From positions 97,015-161,014 of the forward strand of contig NW_005201259.1 of assembly GCF_000372725.1 (NCBI RefSeq): a stretch of 64,000 nt of DNA. The letters run 5' to 3'. The position numbers and the translations under genes are program-made. This DNA comes from Emiliania huxleyi CCMP1516 (Eukaryota). The notes beneath the pieces are model-generated. The model made no database searches. It was not told the DNA's origin and saw only the letters and a program-made list of their open reading frames with translations. Shown here in pieces: positions 22,001-35,428 of this stretch (position 1 is its first letter; each line of letters begins with the position of its first letter).

Positions 22001-22207
22001 CACGCCATTGCCGTCATTACCGAGTGGGACGTGTTCAAGACGCTCGACTACCAAAAGATCTTCAACTCGATGTCAAAGCCCGCCTTCATCTTCGACGGCC
22101 GCAACATCCTCGACCACAGGAAACTCTCCGAGATCGGCTTCACCGTGTGGGCCGTCGGAAAGTGCATGAAGAAGGTGCTCGATACGGAAGGCAGCCCTTC
22201 GCCGTAA
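19041..22207 (+). CDS. UGDH: UDP-glucose 6-dehydrogenase, 12 exons
   Basis: [99 protein letters not shown]. Introns 19197-19346, 19509-19776 (GC), 19849-20000 (GC), 20131-20423, 20534-20640, 20676-20905, 21033-21160, 21213-21301 (GC), 21436-21507, 21664-21790, 21862-21978. Confidence 0.97.
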
Positions 22208-22531
22208 CTCGGAGAGGTGCTTTGCGCCAGGACGCAGCAACGTGAGTCCGCAGCCTTCCCCCTCTCTCCTCTTGTGTCAGTGTGGGGTGTGTACAGAGAG
22301 AGAGATGAGTGATTCGTGACTCGGCAGTGCCACAGAGCACGGTGCACGGTGACCGGGATCCGCGCATCCGGGTTGACGTGCGGAACGGTGTATGTGCTCG
22401 CGCGCTCGACCGTGTGGCACACACCGCGCACGGGTTGCTCTCGGCAAGCGTGCGGTACGTAATTAAACGCGGTCACTTCGCCACAGACGGTCCGCGCCTC
22501 GCCGCTATGACCCGCGCTGCACGCGAGACGC

Positions 22532-23017
22532 GTGCACGGCCCGCACCGTCCGCTGTGCACTGTGCAGAGAGCGGTCTTTGTCCGGAGTGAAAAGTCCAAC
22601 GTGCTCGTCGGTGACGGTGTCCTCCAACCTGCGCCACGCTCGGCGAACCTCGACAGCGCCTTCGGTGGCATGCAGCTCTTTGCGCCTGAAGCTTGGAGAG
22701 CAGCTCCTCTGCTGCTCACACGCTCTGCACAGTTGGCACAGCCCACTGTGCGGCTGCCACAGCTGTCACAGCCACACAGCGATGGGCTCGCCCTCACTGG
22801 CCCTCACAGTCACTTGTGCTGCGGCTTGTGTGAGCGACACTGCTCGGCGACTGCCGGCACACTGTGAGACCATGGTTGTGAGGTAAAACCACGCTACCAG
22901 CGCGCTTGGTCACATCAGCCCTGAGGTCAGATTCTTCTCCTCTGTTGCGATGGCAACACTTGTCTACTCGCTGGAGCCGAGCAGGAGGGCCATGGCGCAC
23001 AACCCCTGTGCAACTCA
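22532..23017. repeat. ~480-bp dispersed repeat, copy 2
   Basis: Inverted copy of 13273-13745. Confidence 0.9.
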
Positions 23018-23079
23018 GGGTCCTTCCCCTTGTATTATATATACAGCGAGGTTCTTGGACTCTCTTGGTTGTTAACCGC

Positions 23080-23141
23080 AGGGCGGGGACCTGTTCCTTT
23101 TTACCCATCTCCTAGTAGAGGTGTCCGTTTTATTTATTTAT
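23080..23141 (+). mobile_element. Short retroposon-like 3' end with (TTTA)n tail
   Basis: agggcggggacctgttcctttttaccca...tgtccgttttatttatttat, matching 28191-28255. Confidence 0.65.
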
Positions 23142-23420
23142 CTCTTGCGTCTTGGTTGTTAGACTTAAAGAGCCGTACACAGTAGCCAGTACTGGGGGAA
23201 CGGCGAGCGAGGGCGCACACGAGCGAGTCGAGCGAGAGAGAGGGGGAGATCTGTCGCGGGCTCTGACCTCTGTCAGCCTGTCGTGTTCACGTGTCAGTGG
23301 CTCTCTCCTCTCTCCAGACTCTCCACCCCCCTCTCGCGTCTCACTCGCGAATCGGGGTCGGGCTCTCAACTCTCGTGACCCCCCCCCCCCCACCACACAC
23401 ACACACACCACCACCGCACT

Positions 23421-25632
<2,212 letters not shown>

Positions 25633-26197
25633 TCATACATCCTGTAACATCGAGACATCGATCGACATCGATGGCGCTCTCGGGGATTCCTAACAACAAT
25701 AAATAAACAAAGAGTCGTAGAAAATAAATAAACAAACGGTCACAGAACATCCAAAATCCAAATCGCAAACATAGAAACCCAAACACAGGCGGCGACGTGG
25801 CGAGCTCGTGGTGAACGAGACCAACTCCAAGGACGCACGAAGCGAGAAGCAGCACCAGACAGAGGTTGTCAGAGCCATGACGATGATGATTCAGCGCCGG
25901 CCCTGGATGTGAGGCTGATAACTGCACTCCAAGTGCTCCAAGTGCGCGTGAACGCCAACTCACCGGCATAGGATCCCTAGGCCGTGAAGAGCCAATAAAT
26001 ACATGAGTCATGAGAGATGCGCACGAACACAGAGGCACAGCGCCACCCTCCCGCCCCGCTCGCGTGCGTGCGCATCACACAGGGAGTAATTCATCGGGGT
26101 TTCTGGGGACTCTTGAGGTGTGGAGAAACAAAAACAAGCCGAGGGAAAAAGAAAGAAAGCAAACAGACAACCCAAGGAGGGATGGGTCGAGGGATAA

Positions 26198-26482
<285 letters not shown>

Positions 26483-26615
26483 TAAATTTCTTCTTTCGCC
26501 TGACACTCGCTGTCGTGGGATCGCTTGTCATGTGGGGTGAGGAGCGCTGTGTTCTTCTTTCGCCTGTGCACCTTCGGCCGCGTCCCCGCCTACCCCGCCG
26601 GCCGGCGGTCGGGTT

Positions 26616-27302
26616 ATGGCCTGCTCGGTGCTGGTCGAGGGCCATGATGTCGCAGGCGAGGCGCGGCCATATGCTGTTTACCGGCTGCTCGTTGTCGAGG
26701 ATGGCCGAGAGTGGCGCATCCGCCGGCGATGGAACGACCTGCGGATCCTGGTCGCAGACCTCAATGAAAAACACGGCAAGGAGCTGCGCGAGTCGGGCGT
26801 GACGATCCCGAAGTTCTCTTCGCACGGCTTCCGGCTCGCCCACCAGATGCTCGAGCTGAAGTTCCTCAATTCGCGGGCCGCGGCGATGCAGTCTTTGCTC
26901 CACGCCTACATCTCGGCGCTCCCCATATCGCTCCTCTCGTCTACAGGCCCTGAGCCGCTCCTCTGCTTCCTATCCGCTGACCTCCCCGACGCGGGCGTGC
27001 AGCCAACACCGGCGGCCACGCCCCGTGCCACCGTCTCTGCCGCCGCCGGCTGGGGCGGCGTTGATGAGCTGCTGTCGATCCCAGAGGGTGGGCTGGCGCA
27101 GGCGGCCACGCGGGCGCTGAGCGAACGCTCCGATGACGACGCCCGCTTGCCATCTCCGCCCAAGGTGGCTCCACCCACAGCCCCGGTGAAGGGCGTGCTT
27201 GTGGCGGAGGCTGCGCCAGCGCCCGCGCTGGCGATTTGGTTGATTTGGTCCGCCGTTGTGCTCGTGCCGGTCCTCGCGCTCGCAGCGAGGCAAATGCTTT
27301 GA
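26616..27302 (+). CDS. PX-domain protein with a C-terminal hydrophobic anchor
   Basis: YAVYRLLV...WRIRRRWNDL...IPKF...FLNSRAAAMQSLL resembles PX; C-terminal LAIWLIWSAVVLVPVLALAA. Confidence 0.7.
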   Translation: MACSVLVEGHDVAGEARPYAVYRLLVVEDGREWRIRRRWNDLRILVADLNEKHGKELRESGVTIPKFSSHGFRLAHQMLELKFLNSRAAAMQSLLHAYISALPISLLSSTGPEPLLCFLSADLPDAGVQPTPAATPRATVSAAAGWGGVDELLSIPEGGLAQAATRALSERSDDDARLPSPPKVAPPTAPVKGVLVAEAAPAPALAIWLIWSAVVLVPVLALAARQML

Positions 27303-27759
27303 CGGCAAGTCGCTCGGTCAGCGCCACAAACGAGCGGTGGTTTGGGGCGTCTTACTGTGCTGTTCGCGGTTGTGGAATTTCTTTCGGGGTGGAAGAGTTG
27401 TGCCCCGGACTCCCACCTCAGCGCTCAGAGGAGTCAGAGGGGTCGTGACGCACCTCCCAAGGCCGCGGCCCCCCCTTGGCGGGTGGGGAGGTAAGGAACA
27501 GGGTTGAGGTTGTACCCACGTATGGTGAGATGGCGAAAGTCCGCAGCCCGCCGGGAAAAACCCCCCCCCCCCCCCCCGCCTCTGCCTCGGCCCAGACCCA
27601 CCCTACCGCGGAGACCCCGCGTCATGAGGGCCAGACCCCCCCCCCGCCCGCGCCCCTCGGCCGAGGCCCAGACCTACCCTACCTACCCCGTCATGAGGGC
27701 CGCCCCAACCAAAAAGAAACTACACCTCACAGAAAAGGAATCGACGCGATGTGCAAAGC

Positions 27760-28255
27760 ATACAAGAAGGGGAGAAGGAAGAGGAGAGACGCCGGGGTGG
27801 TGACGAAGCAGGAGGAACTAGCGCAGACGAGAGCAGGGCAGACCCGGGGACTGGGGAGCCGGAGCGGACGGCATCAGCCGCCGAGGGAACGTTGGGAAGA
27901 GGCGCGAGGAGGGCGGCGACCTCGACCGACTATGGAGGACCCGTCGCCAGACGACGCAGGGCAGAAGACGGTGAGGCGGAGCTAGGGCGGAGCAGACGTG
28001 CAGGGCGAGACGAGGGAGGGAGCAGGACTTTGCGGAGATCAGCAGGAGGATGTACGAAGAGGTTAGGAGCGGCAGGGACCCGAGGGACCATGTGGAAGAC
28101 GGCTAGTGCTAGTCAGTCCCCCATCCATCGGGAGGACGACCCCGGCTAGTCGCCGACCACACCCACAAAGAACCCTGCACAAAGATCGCAAGGGCGGGGA
28201 CCTGTTCCTTTTTACCCACCTCACAGTAGAGAGCTGTCCGTTTTTATTTATTTAT
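27760..28255 (+). mobile_element. Probable non-LTR retrotransposon 3' remnant (5' boundary uncertain)
   Basis: Purine-rich stretch ending ...VEDG-TAG near 28106, then a UTR and the same (TTTA)n-tailed end as 23080-23141. Confidence 0.45.
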
Positions 28256-28383
28256 GGCTTTTATAGGGCTAAAAAAACGGCCGAACTTGCGGTGCCACGT
28301 CCCTCGGGCCAGTCCACACTGTTGAACACTGAGAGGGAGGCCGGGGAAAGGGCGCGCGGACTGGCAGAAAGACGAGCAAACGA

Positions 28384-28944
28384 ATGGCCGCCCCTGCCAC
28401 GCAGCGCATGCGTCGAGACGAGTCGGACCAGTCGGCAGCGCTCACCGCCGACTTTGCGCAGCGTATGGAGGACTGCGGTAGCTCTTGCGACCAATGCACG
28501 TGCAACCTGAGTGGGCCGTGTTGCAGGAGTTTGAGCGTATGCGCTAAAGCGGCCTGGACGTGCTCAGTGCTTGCTTGCCAAGCCAGCTATGACAAGGCGT
28601 GCAACGGCAGCCTCGTTGATACAGTGGAGAGGGCTGAGCCCGTAGTCGTTGCCTCTTGCGATGAGTTGAAGCAAAGGAGCGCCGCGTGCGACAAGTGCTC
28701 CTGTGGCCTGGCTGGGCTCTGCGCAGGCGCTTGCGGCGGCTGCTGCGTGTCATTTGCGCTTCCGTGCGCCAAACGCGTAGCGCCCGTCTGTGAAGCATGT
28801 CTTGAAAGGGTTTGCGGCTGCGGCGGTGCCGGTGGCGACCTTGCGCCGCAGCCAGGGTCATTGCTGCGTGAACGCTACGTGCCTCGGCCCGAGCCCAAGT
28901 TTATAGAGGTCCGTCGCCAGCGTGAAGGCTACACGTACTTGTAA
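28384..28944 (+). CDS. Small cysteine-rich hypothetical protein
   Basis: 186-aa ATG-TAA ORF with about 23 Cys and an internal repeat CDQCTCNLSGPC / CDKCSCGLAGLC. Confidence 0.55.
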   Translation: MAAPATQRMRRDESDQSAALTADFAQRMEDCGSSCDQCTCNLSGPCCRSLSVCAKAAWTCSVLACQASYDKACNGSLVDTVERAEPVVVASCDELKQRSAACDKCSCGLAGLCAGACGGCCVSFALPCAKRVAPVCEACLERVCGCGGAGGDLAPQPGSLLRERYVPRPEPKFIEVRRQREGYTYL

Positions 28945-29668
28945 TGTTGAGTTCTCGTTCCTTTCATTTTGCGTTTTCGTGTCGCGCGCGCAGTCAGGTG
29001 TTGGGGGCGCGGGCGCGCGGCGCCGGGCGGGAGAGAGAGACAGCGCCCCACGCCAGAGTACAGCGGTGAGCGCCACATCATGGCACATCCGGATCCGCTA
29101 CAAAACTGCCTCGCCTAAACGTGAACACCACTCTAGGCGACCAGCGACGCTCGCGGGCGGGAGCGAGGGCTTCTCTCGCGCGAGAACCGAATAAGCCGCG
29201 ACCCGCGAGCCGCGAGCGGAGTCTTCCGAGACTCTGCTCCAAGTGCTCCGACACCAGAGGAGCGGACAGCGGAGTGTTGCTGTTGTGGAGACGGAGTTGA
29301 CCACATCCACACACAACACGTGCACACCAGCCGTTAATTCGCAGAGTTGATTAAACGAGAGAGGAGACGGAGGTTGCGCTGCGGCATGTGCGCAGTTCCA
29401 GTTGTTGGAAAGCCAAAATGTGATAGTGGAGGCTTTAGCCGAAACGCTCCCGTGCCCTTATTATATCGATTCCCGGTGTCATGACTCATGTTCGTTGTTC
29501 CCTGTACCACGCCTAGTGTACTACCTTCGTACACTACGTGTGTTCGGTGTGACTCGTGTGCACACACACACAATGTCGCACACACAATGTCGAATGTGAA
29601 TGATCAATCCTCTCCTCCTCCACCGCCTGCGCCACCCCCGCCCCGACGGCACGCGCTTCACGCCATGA

Positions 29669-31488
29669 TCACCTAGCCTGGGGACGCGCCAGAGCGGCCG
29701 CGGCGACTGGCTTGCTCGCTGGCCCCCGCTCTCCCTCGGGGTTGCCCGGACTGAAGATGAGATCGGTCAGTTGCGCGTTGCGCGCGTTCTCCTCCGCGGA
29801 GAGGCGCGCGTCGTGGTCGATGTCGCCGACGGCGGCCAGAAGCCTCTCCTGGTCGATGAAGGGCAGCAACGCGACCGCCTCCCACTCGGCTCGCTTGCCT
29901 GCGGCGCGGGAGATGGTGGGGCGGCACGGGAGGGCCGAAAGTTAGGCAGCCCCGCAAGCCCAGACCGCCCCCAGAGCGCGCGTGCGCGCGCCGTTGGCGT
30001 CGAGCGCAAAATCGACGGGGAAGGCGTCGTAGATGGGCGACGAGGGCGAGAGCATCAGCTCGCGGTACGCGAGCGGCACCAAATCGCCCGACTGCGGCGG
30101 GAGCACCGACAGGAGCTGGCAGAGCGGCGAGAAGGGGGCGCCTAGAGCCGCGCAGGGCCGGCGTTTGAGGCCCCGCATTTCGAGGGCCCCCGTTTCGAGG
30201 GCCGCTGGGCTGGGCTGGGGGTCTGCGGTCAGGGTGGGGAAGGGCGGAGAGAGGGGTCCCATGACCGGGGTCGGGTTCACGGGTCGTGGTCGGCGGCAGG
30301 GGGCGGAGGAGAGGGGCGTGGAGCGCCCATCTCGAGCGACACGTCAAACGACGGGAGCTGCACGAGGTCCGAGGCGAGCGGCGCGTAAAAGTCGGGGTAG
30401 AACCAGTCCCACGAGCGGCAGCCGTTGTGGTAGTACTCGAGGCACCAAGTGAGCCCCTGCAGGTACGAGCCGATCAGCCTCCGCCGCCCCGCGCTGTCCG
30501 TCGGGTGCAGCCCAAGCTTTTGCAGGTAGTAGCGCCGCTTGTACTCGCCCGGTGCCTCCGACTCGCGCGCGTTCGGCGCGGGGGCGGACGCGTCGCGCCC
30601 CATCTTCTTGCGTACCGTGTAGCCCTCACCGGTCGAAATCATGCCGACGAAGCGCTCGAAGCGGGCCATGTCGATGGAGCCCTTGTCTGTCAGGTAGCCG
30701 CGCGACTCGCCGACAAGCTCGGTGTATGCGCGCATCATCGCGTTGAGCGCGCCTGCGAGCAGGGTGTGGAGGAGGGTGTGGAGGAGGGTGTGGATAAGGG
30801 TGTGGAGGAGGAGAGGGTGGAGGGGGGGCATCTGCCGTCGGCGACGTCGAGCGACGGGAGGCCGGGCAGGAAGTCGTTGCCCACGAGCCTGCAATGAGAA
30901 GGCGCCTCAGTGAGGAGTGAGAAAGAGAGAGAGACAATGTGTCAGAGCGGGCGGAGCGGGCGGGGCGGGGTGGGTGGGCCGACTGCGTGCTCCACAGTGC
31001 ACAGGGCGCGGCCGTCCCCCTCGCCCGTATCTAGGCCCACGCACATGCACAAAAAGACAAAGTCGTCCACGGCGCGCTCCGCCTGTGGACAAAGAGAGGT
31101 GTGGCGCGCGCGAGCGCGGAGGGGGGTGCAGCCGGGTGTGTCTCGGGCGATCGGCGGTCTTGAGGGACTCTCGGGTAATCTCGGGTAATCTCGGGTGGAG
31201 CTCGCTGTCTCGGGTAATCTCGGGCCGATCTCGCCTCCCACTCGAAGCCCAGCACCTCGCGCGCCACCGGAGGGCGCATTGAGCCCGCCAGGCACTGGCG
31301 CAGCTGCTCCAGCTCGAGAAAGACAAAGTCCTACACCCGCGCGGCATCGGGTCAACTCGAAGCATCTCGCCGCCTCTCACTCCCGCTCGAGCGAGGCGCA
31401 GCTCCTGGTCATCGGCCTCCGAAGTGGCCGCGCCGCCGCGGTCGCCCTCGCCCCGCAGCGCGAGCCGCGGCGGCTGCGCCCGAGGCCC

Positions 31489-31519
<31 letters not shown>

Positions 31520-32758
31520 CGCCCTCGCCCGCGCGGAGCGAAGCGGCCTCGCTGGAAGCGCTGCCGCTCGCGGAGGAGGGAGAAGTGCTTCTCGTGCGTG
31601 ATCATCCCGAGCATGATGAGGTCGGCGTCGAGGCCGTACATGCAGTGCCGCGTCTCGTCCGCCTCGTGCGCCGCCCCGGCGGCCGCCTGTGAGGGGGAGT
31701 GAGGGCGGTGAGGGGCGGTGAGGGGCGGTGAGGGGCGGCGAGGGGCGGCGAGGGGCGGCGAGGGGCGGTGAGGGGCGGCGAGGGGCGGTGAGAGAGAGGC
31801 GGTGAGAGGCGAGGCGGTGAGACCTTCTCCGCCCGGATGAAGTCCATGATCTTGTGCTCGCCCTCGCCTATGGGGAGATATGGGGAGATATGGGGAGATA
31901 GTGCGAGATCCAGTCCGTGGTCTCATGCTTGCCCTCGCCCGGCACCGCGGCGCCAGAGAAGACGACTCGCGGCCCGTCGCGCCAGGCCGGATCGGTGGTC
32001 ATCTTGTGCGCGATCCACTCCTCGTACTTGCCCCCCAGACGGTGCAGAAAGTCCGTCCCCGGTGTGATGCAGTTCGAGTCAAATGGCGGCGGTGGCGGAG
32101 GCCCTCCGAAGGTGTCAACCTCGGGCGGCGGCGGCGGCCGCTGCGAGCCGAGGGGCTGGCCGGTCGTCGGCGCGTCGCCGGCCTGGCGGAAGCGCGCCTT
32201 GGCGTTCGCCTTGTCGCGCAGCGCCTGCTGCGCCAGCTCCCTCGGCACCCGGTACCGCCGCGAGCGCTGCTGGTTCATCTTTGCTCGCGGCGCGACGCCG
32301 TCGATGGCGAGGTAGAGCACCTTGCGCGGCCGCGCGATGGAGATGAGGCGGTCGGTGTAGGCAAAGATGCGCTCGAACATCTGCTCCTCGCTCAGCTTCT
32401 CGTTTGGGCCGACCTCGTCGCCGTGCGTGCACTGGTGGATGATGCCGTTCATGTCCAGGTAGAAGTTGTCGACATAGTCGGAGCGGCGGCGGCCCTCCGA
32501 GATCTTGACGTTGATCTGCGGGTACTTCTCCGTCAGCCACCGGAAGAATTTGGGCACGCCCATCCGGATGTCGCCGGCGCGGCCGCGGAACACTGCGATG
32601 GGCTGCGCCGGCTGCAGCTGCACTGCGCGCAGCGGCTGCCATGCACGCGCCATGAGGCCGGATCCGGCGAGTGTCGCGGAGCGGTGGTGCACGACGAGCG
32701 TGCCGGCTATGTCCAGCAGCGCGGCGAGGCAGACGAGGCGAAGCGACGAGGTGGGCAT
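29669..32758 (-). CDS. XRN: XRN-family 5'-3' exoribonuclease (catalytic core only, ~9 exons) with a 65-aa N-terminal presequence
   Basis: [126 protein letters not shown]. One donor near 31380-31405 is ambiguous. Confidence 0.93.
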
Positions 32759-32831
32759 TCGCGAATAGCGTGCGGAGAGTGGTGCGCGGCGCAGAGAGCG
32801 CAAAATAACGCACGGGCCCTCAGCGGAGCTG

Positions 32832-33027
32832 GGAAGAGGACCGCCGCAAGCGGCGTGGCGTGGAGCGGTTGTGCATCCCTCCGGGGGCCCCTCTGCGCCG
32901 GGGAGGCGTTGTTGGAGGCTAGGACGCAAGCGTCCGTCGCCCTTTTCAAACTCGGGGCCCACTCCGCTACGCTCCGACCCGAATTTGGAGGGCCCAAAAG
33001 TTTAAGGTGTTGCTGCGCAAAAGGGGT
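32832..33027. repeat. ~195-bp dispersed repeat, copy 3
   Basis: Matches 12121-12315. Confidence 0.9.
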
Positions 33028-33637
33028 CGGACACAGGGCGCAGCTCATGCTAAGAGCTAGAAGAGGAGATAGAGAGAACAACCACCCTGTCCCGTTATTG
33101 CGTACACCAACACCACAAAACGCTCTCTCTCTCCTGTCCTCACTCAGGGGGGTCACAACTACCAAGTCCCTCGACTAGCTGCCACAGGGCGCAGCTGCCA
33201 CAGGGCGCAGCTGGAGACGCTCCCCCTCAATCGGCATCCACCCCCACCCGCTCCAGCCCCACTTCTGCTGCCGAGAGCTGAATCGAAGCAAGCGAGCCAT
33301 TGCATCTTGGCGTGCTCCTGGAGCGCGGCTTTCTGCGGCCACGAGCACGGCGGAGTCGGCGTCGTAGCGCGCATCGTTCCCGCTCATCGCCCATTCCTCC
33401 CGTGACGTGTGTCGGCCGCGATTCGATGTCGCCACCTTCATCGCCAACGAGGACTCCCTCGACTGCAGGGGGGCTCCGGCGCGGGGAGGGACTCCGCCTG
33501 CTGCGCTGGCCGACTGCGCCCTCCTCCTCCATGGGCTCGATCCGATTCCGCAGCGGCGGTGCTGCGCGGGAGGCGGCCGCGGGCACGCTGGGCTCGATCA
33601 GGAGCTTTCCCTCAGCCGCGATGCAAATGTCGTTTTG

Positions 33638-33762
33638 AGCCTAACCAGCTTTGTGCTCCAGCCCAACCAGCTCTGTGCCCCAGCCTACTGCCAGCCTAAC
33701 AAGCTCTCCAGCCTAACCAGTGCTCCAGTAACCAGATCTGTGCTCCAGCTAACCAGCTCTGC
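33638..33762. repeat. Degenerate tandem repeat built on (C)TAACCAG / CTCCAG motifs
   Basis: Recurring cctaaccagct, tgctccag units. Confidence 0.7.
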
Positions 33763-34434
33763 ATCTCGCAACACACTCATGACAGGGACAGACCAGGCGC
33801 AGGAAAAGGGAGCGGGGCCCGAATCCAAGGGACCACCCCGTCGGGCGGAAGAGCTGAGAACTCAGGTCCAGTAGGAAGGCTTCTGGCTCCTGACTCATCG
33901 CCCCAAATCCCCCACCCCTCTGCCCTGAAACCTTACCATTCCACCACCTCACACACACCCCTCCCCTAGGGCTAAGCAGTGCGCGAGCCCACCCGACTTC
34001 AGGCCAGACGTCGACCCCTCCTCGGGAATAGTTGTACGGTTGCTTGTGTGCTGCGCAGTGGCTGCTATACCACCGAATCCTTGACCCTCAGCTAAGCCCA
34101 GTGGCGATCACGCCGACAACAGGCTGGCGTATCCGAAGTCTTTGCAGGAAGGCTCGGTGGCCGCCTCGCAGCAACGAACGCGTCTCGTCCGTGTGATGAA
34201 GCATTTGCTGGAGGCGATTGGCTGAGGAAGGACGAAACACCGGTGGTAATCCCGTCGTCAGCTGTCACGATACACCCGAAGGGGACCCCAGCGCCAGCAT
34301 CAGCCGTGGAGGTACAAGTGTCCGAAACGAGCGAGAGTGACCTGAGCAACGATATGACTTGGCGGCAAATGATCGGAGCTAGGATCGGAGTGGGCGTCGG
34401 AAGAGTCGTCCTTGCGCAAGGAGAGCTCGATAAA

Positions 34435-35428
34435 CTCGAGGGGCCAAAATATGCCGCGAGGAGGGCAGAGCTGCGACGAAAGGCGGGAGAAGAAACGAGA
34501 GCAAGGGAGCGACAGGCGGCGGCGCCGTCGCAGGATGAGGCAGGAGGAGATCCGGTGCGACAGAGGAAGAAGCATAGTCTGAGGGTATCCTAAAAGTTCG
34601 GCCGATTTGGGTCAAAACGCTAAAAGCACGCCCGGGCGTAGATTTGGGGCAAAACGACAAAAGTGGGCCCGCCCGGGGCAAAATGGTAAAAGTCGCGCGC
34701 CGCAGGCGCGCGCGAAAATTTTGGACATTCTGCTCTCCGGCGGCGCCCGCAGCGCGGTCTCCAAATCCTCGCTCGCTATAGCGGCGTGCAGCCGGCGGCG
34801 CAGCCACGCCTTGTTGCCCGAGAGGGCCTCGCCACGCTCGCCCAGCTCCTCCTTGAGCTCCACCACCTTCATCGCCACCAGATCCTTTTACCTTTCGCAT
34901 CGCCGCCGCCGCAAAGAGCCCCGGGCTCAGCGGCTCAGCGCCTCAGCCTCGTGCTCAGCAGCGCCCTTATCAATGTGTGACAAACTTGTAGCGCTGCATG
35001 TGTTTGGACACACACCGGCGGGCGCTTTCGAGGCGAGCGGCATTTTTCTAGGCATAGTGTGCAGGAACTACTTCTGCCGTTTGCGGCGTTTGCGGGACGG
35101 ATAGCTAGTACTTACTGCACCCGGCGCGCAGCGCCGAAGAAAAACTTGAAAAATGCTAAAAGTTGGGCGCTCCGAGACGACCAAAGTGGTAAAAGTCGCA
35201 CTCTCCCCTGACCCGATCAAAAGCGTAAAAGCACCCGAGGCTCCAGAAACCTAACCCTCAGACTATGGGAAGAAGCGACAAGCGAGAGAGAACGACGAGA
35301 GTGGGACGACCGCGAGGTGGCATGAAGGTTGCAGCGAGAATTGGCGAGGGGCTGCGAAGAGAGATAGGAAGAGGCAGACTCCCTAGGGTGGGCGATGGCT
35401 AGCGCATCACACCCCTCTCCTTAACCCC
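34435..35428 (+). mobile_element. Retroelement-like 3' remnant split by a nested insertion
   Basis: 34435-34572 joined to 35276-35428 aligns with the reverse complement of 52590-52876; the reading frame ends ...PRVGDG-TAG. Confidence 0.7.
34573..35267. mobile_element. Non-autonomous hAT-like DNA transposon (695 bp) carrying a SAP-domain fragment
   Basis: 14-bp TIR CATAGTCTGAGGGT / ACCCTCAGACTATG; 8-bp TSD GGAAGAAG at 34565-34572 and 35268-35275; minus strand 34872-34777 encodes MKVVELKEELGERGEALSGNKAWLRRRLHAAI. Confidence 0.92.
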
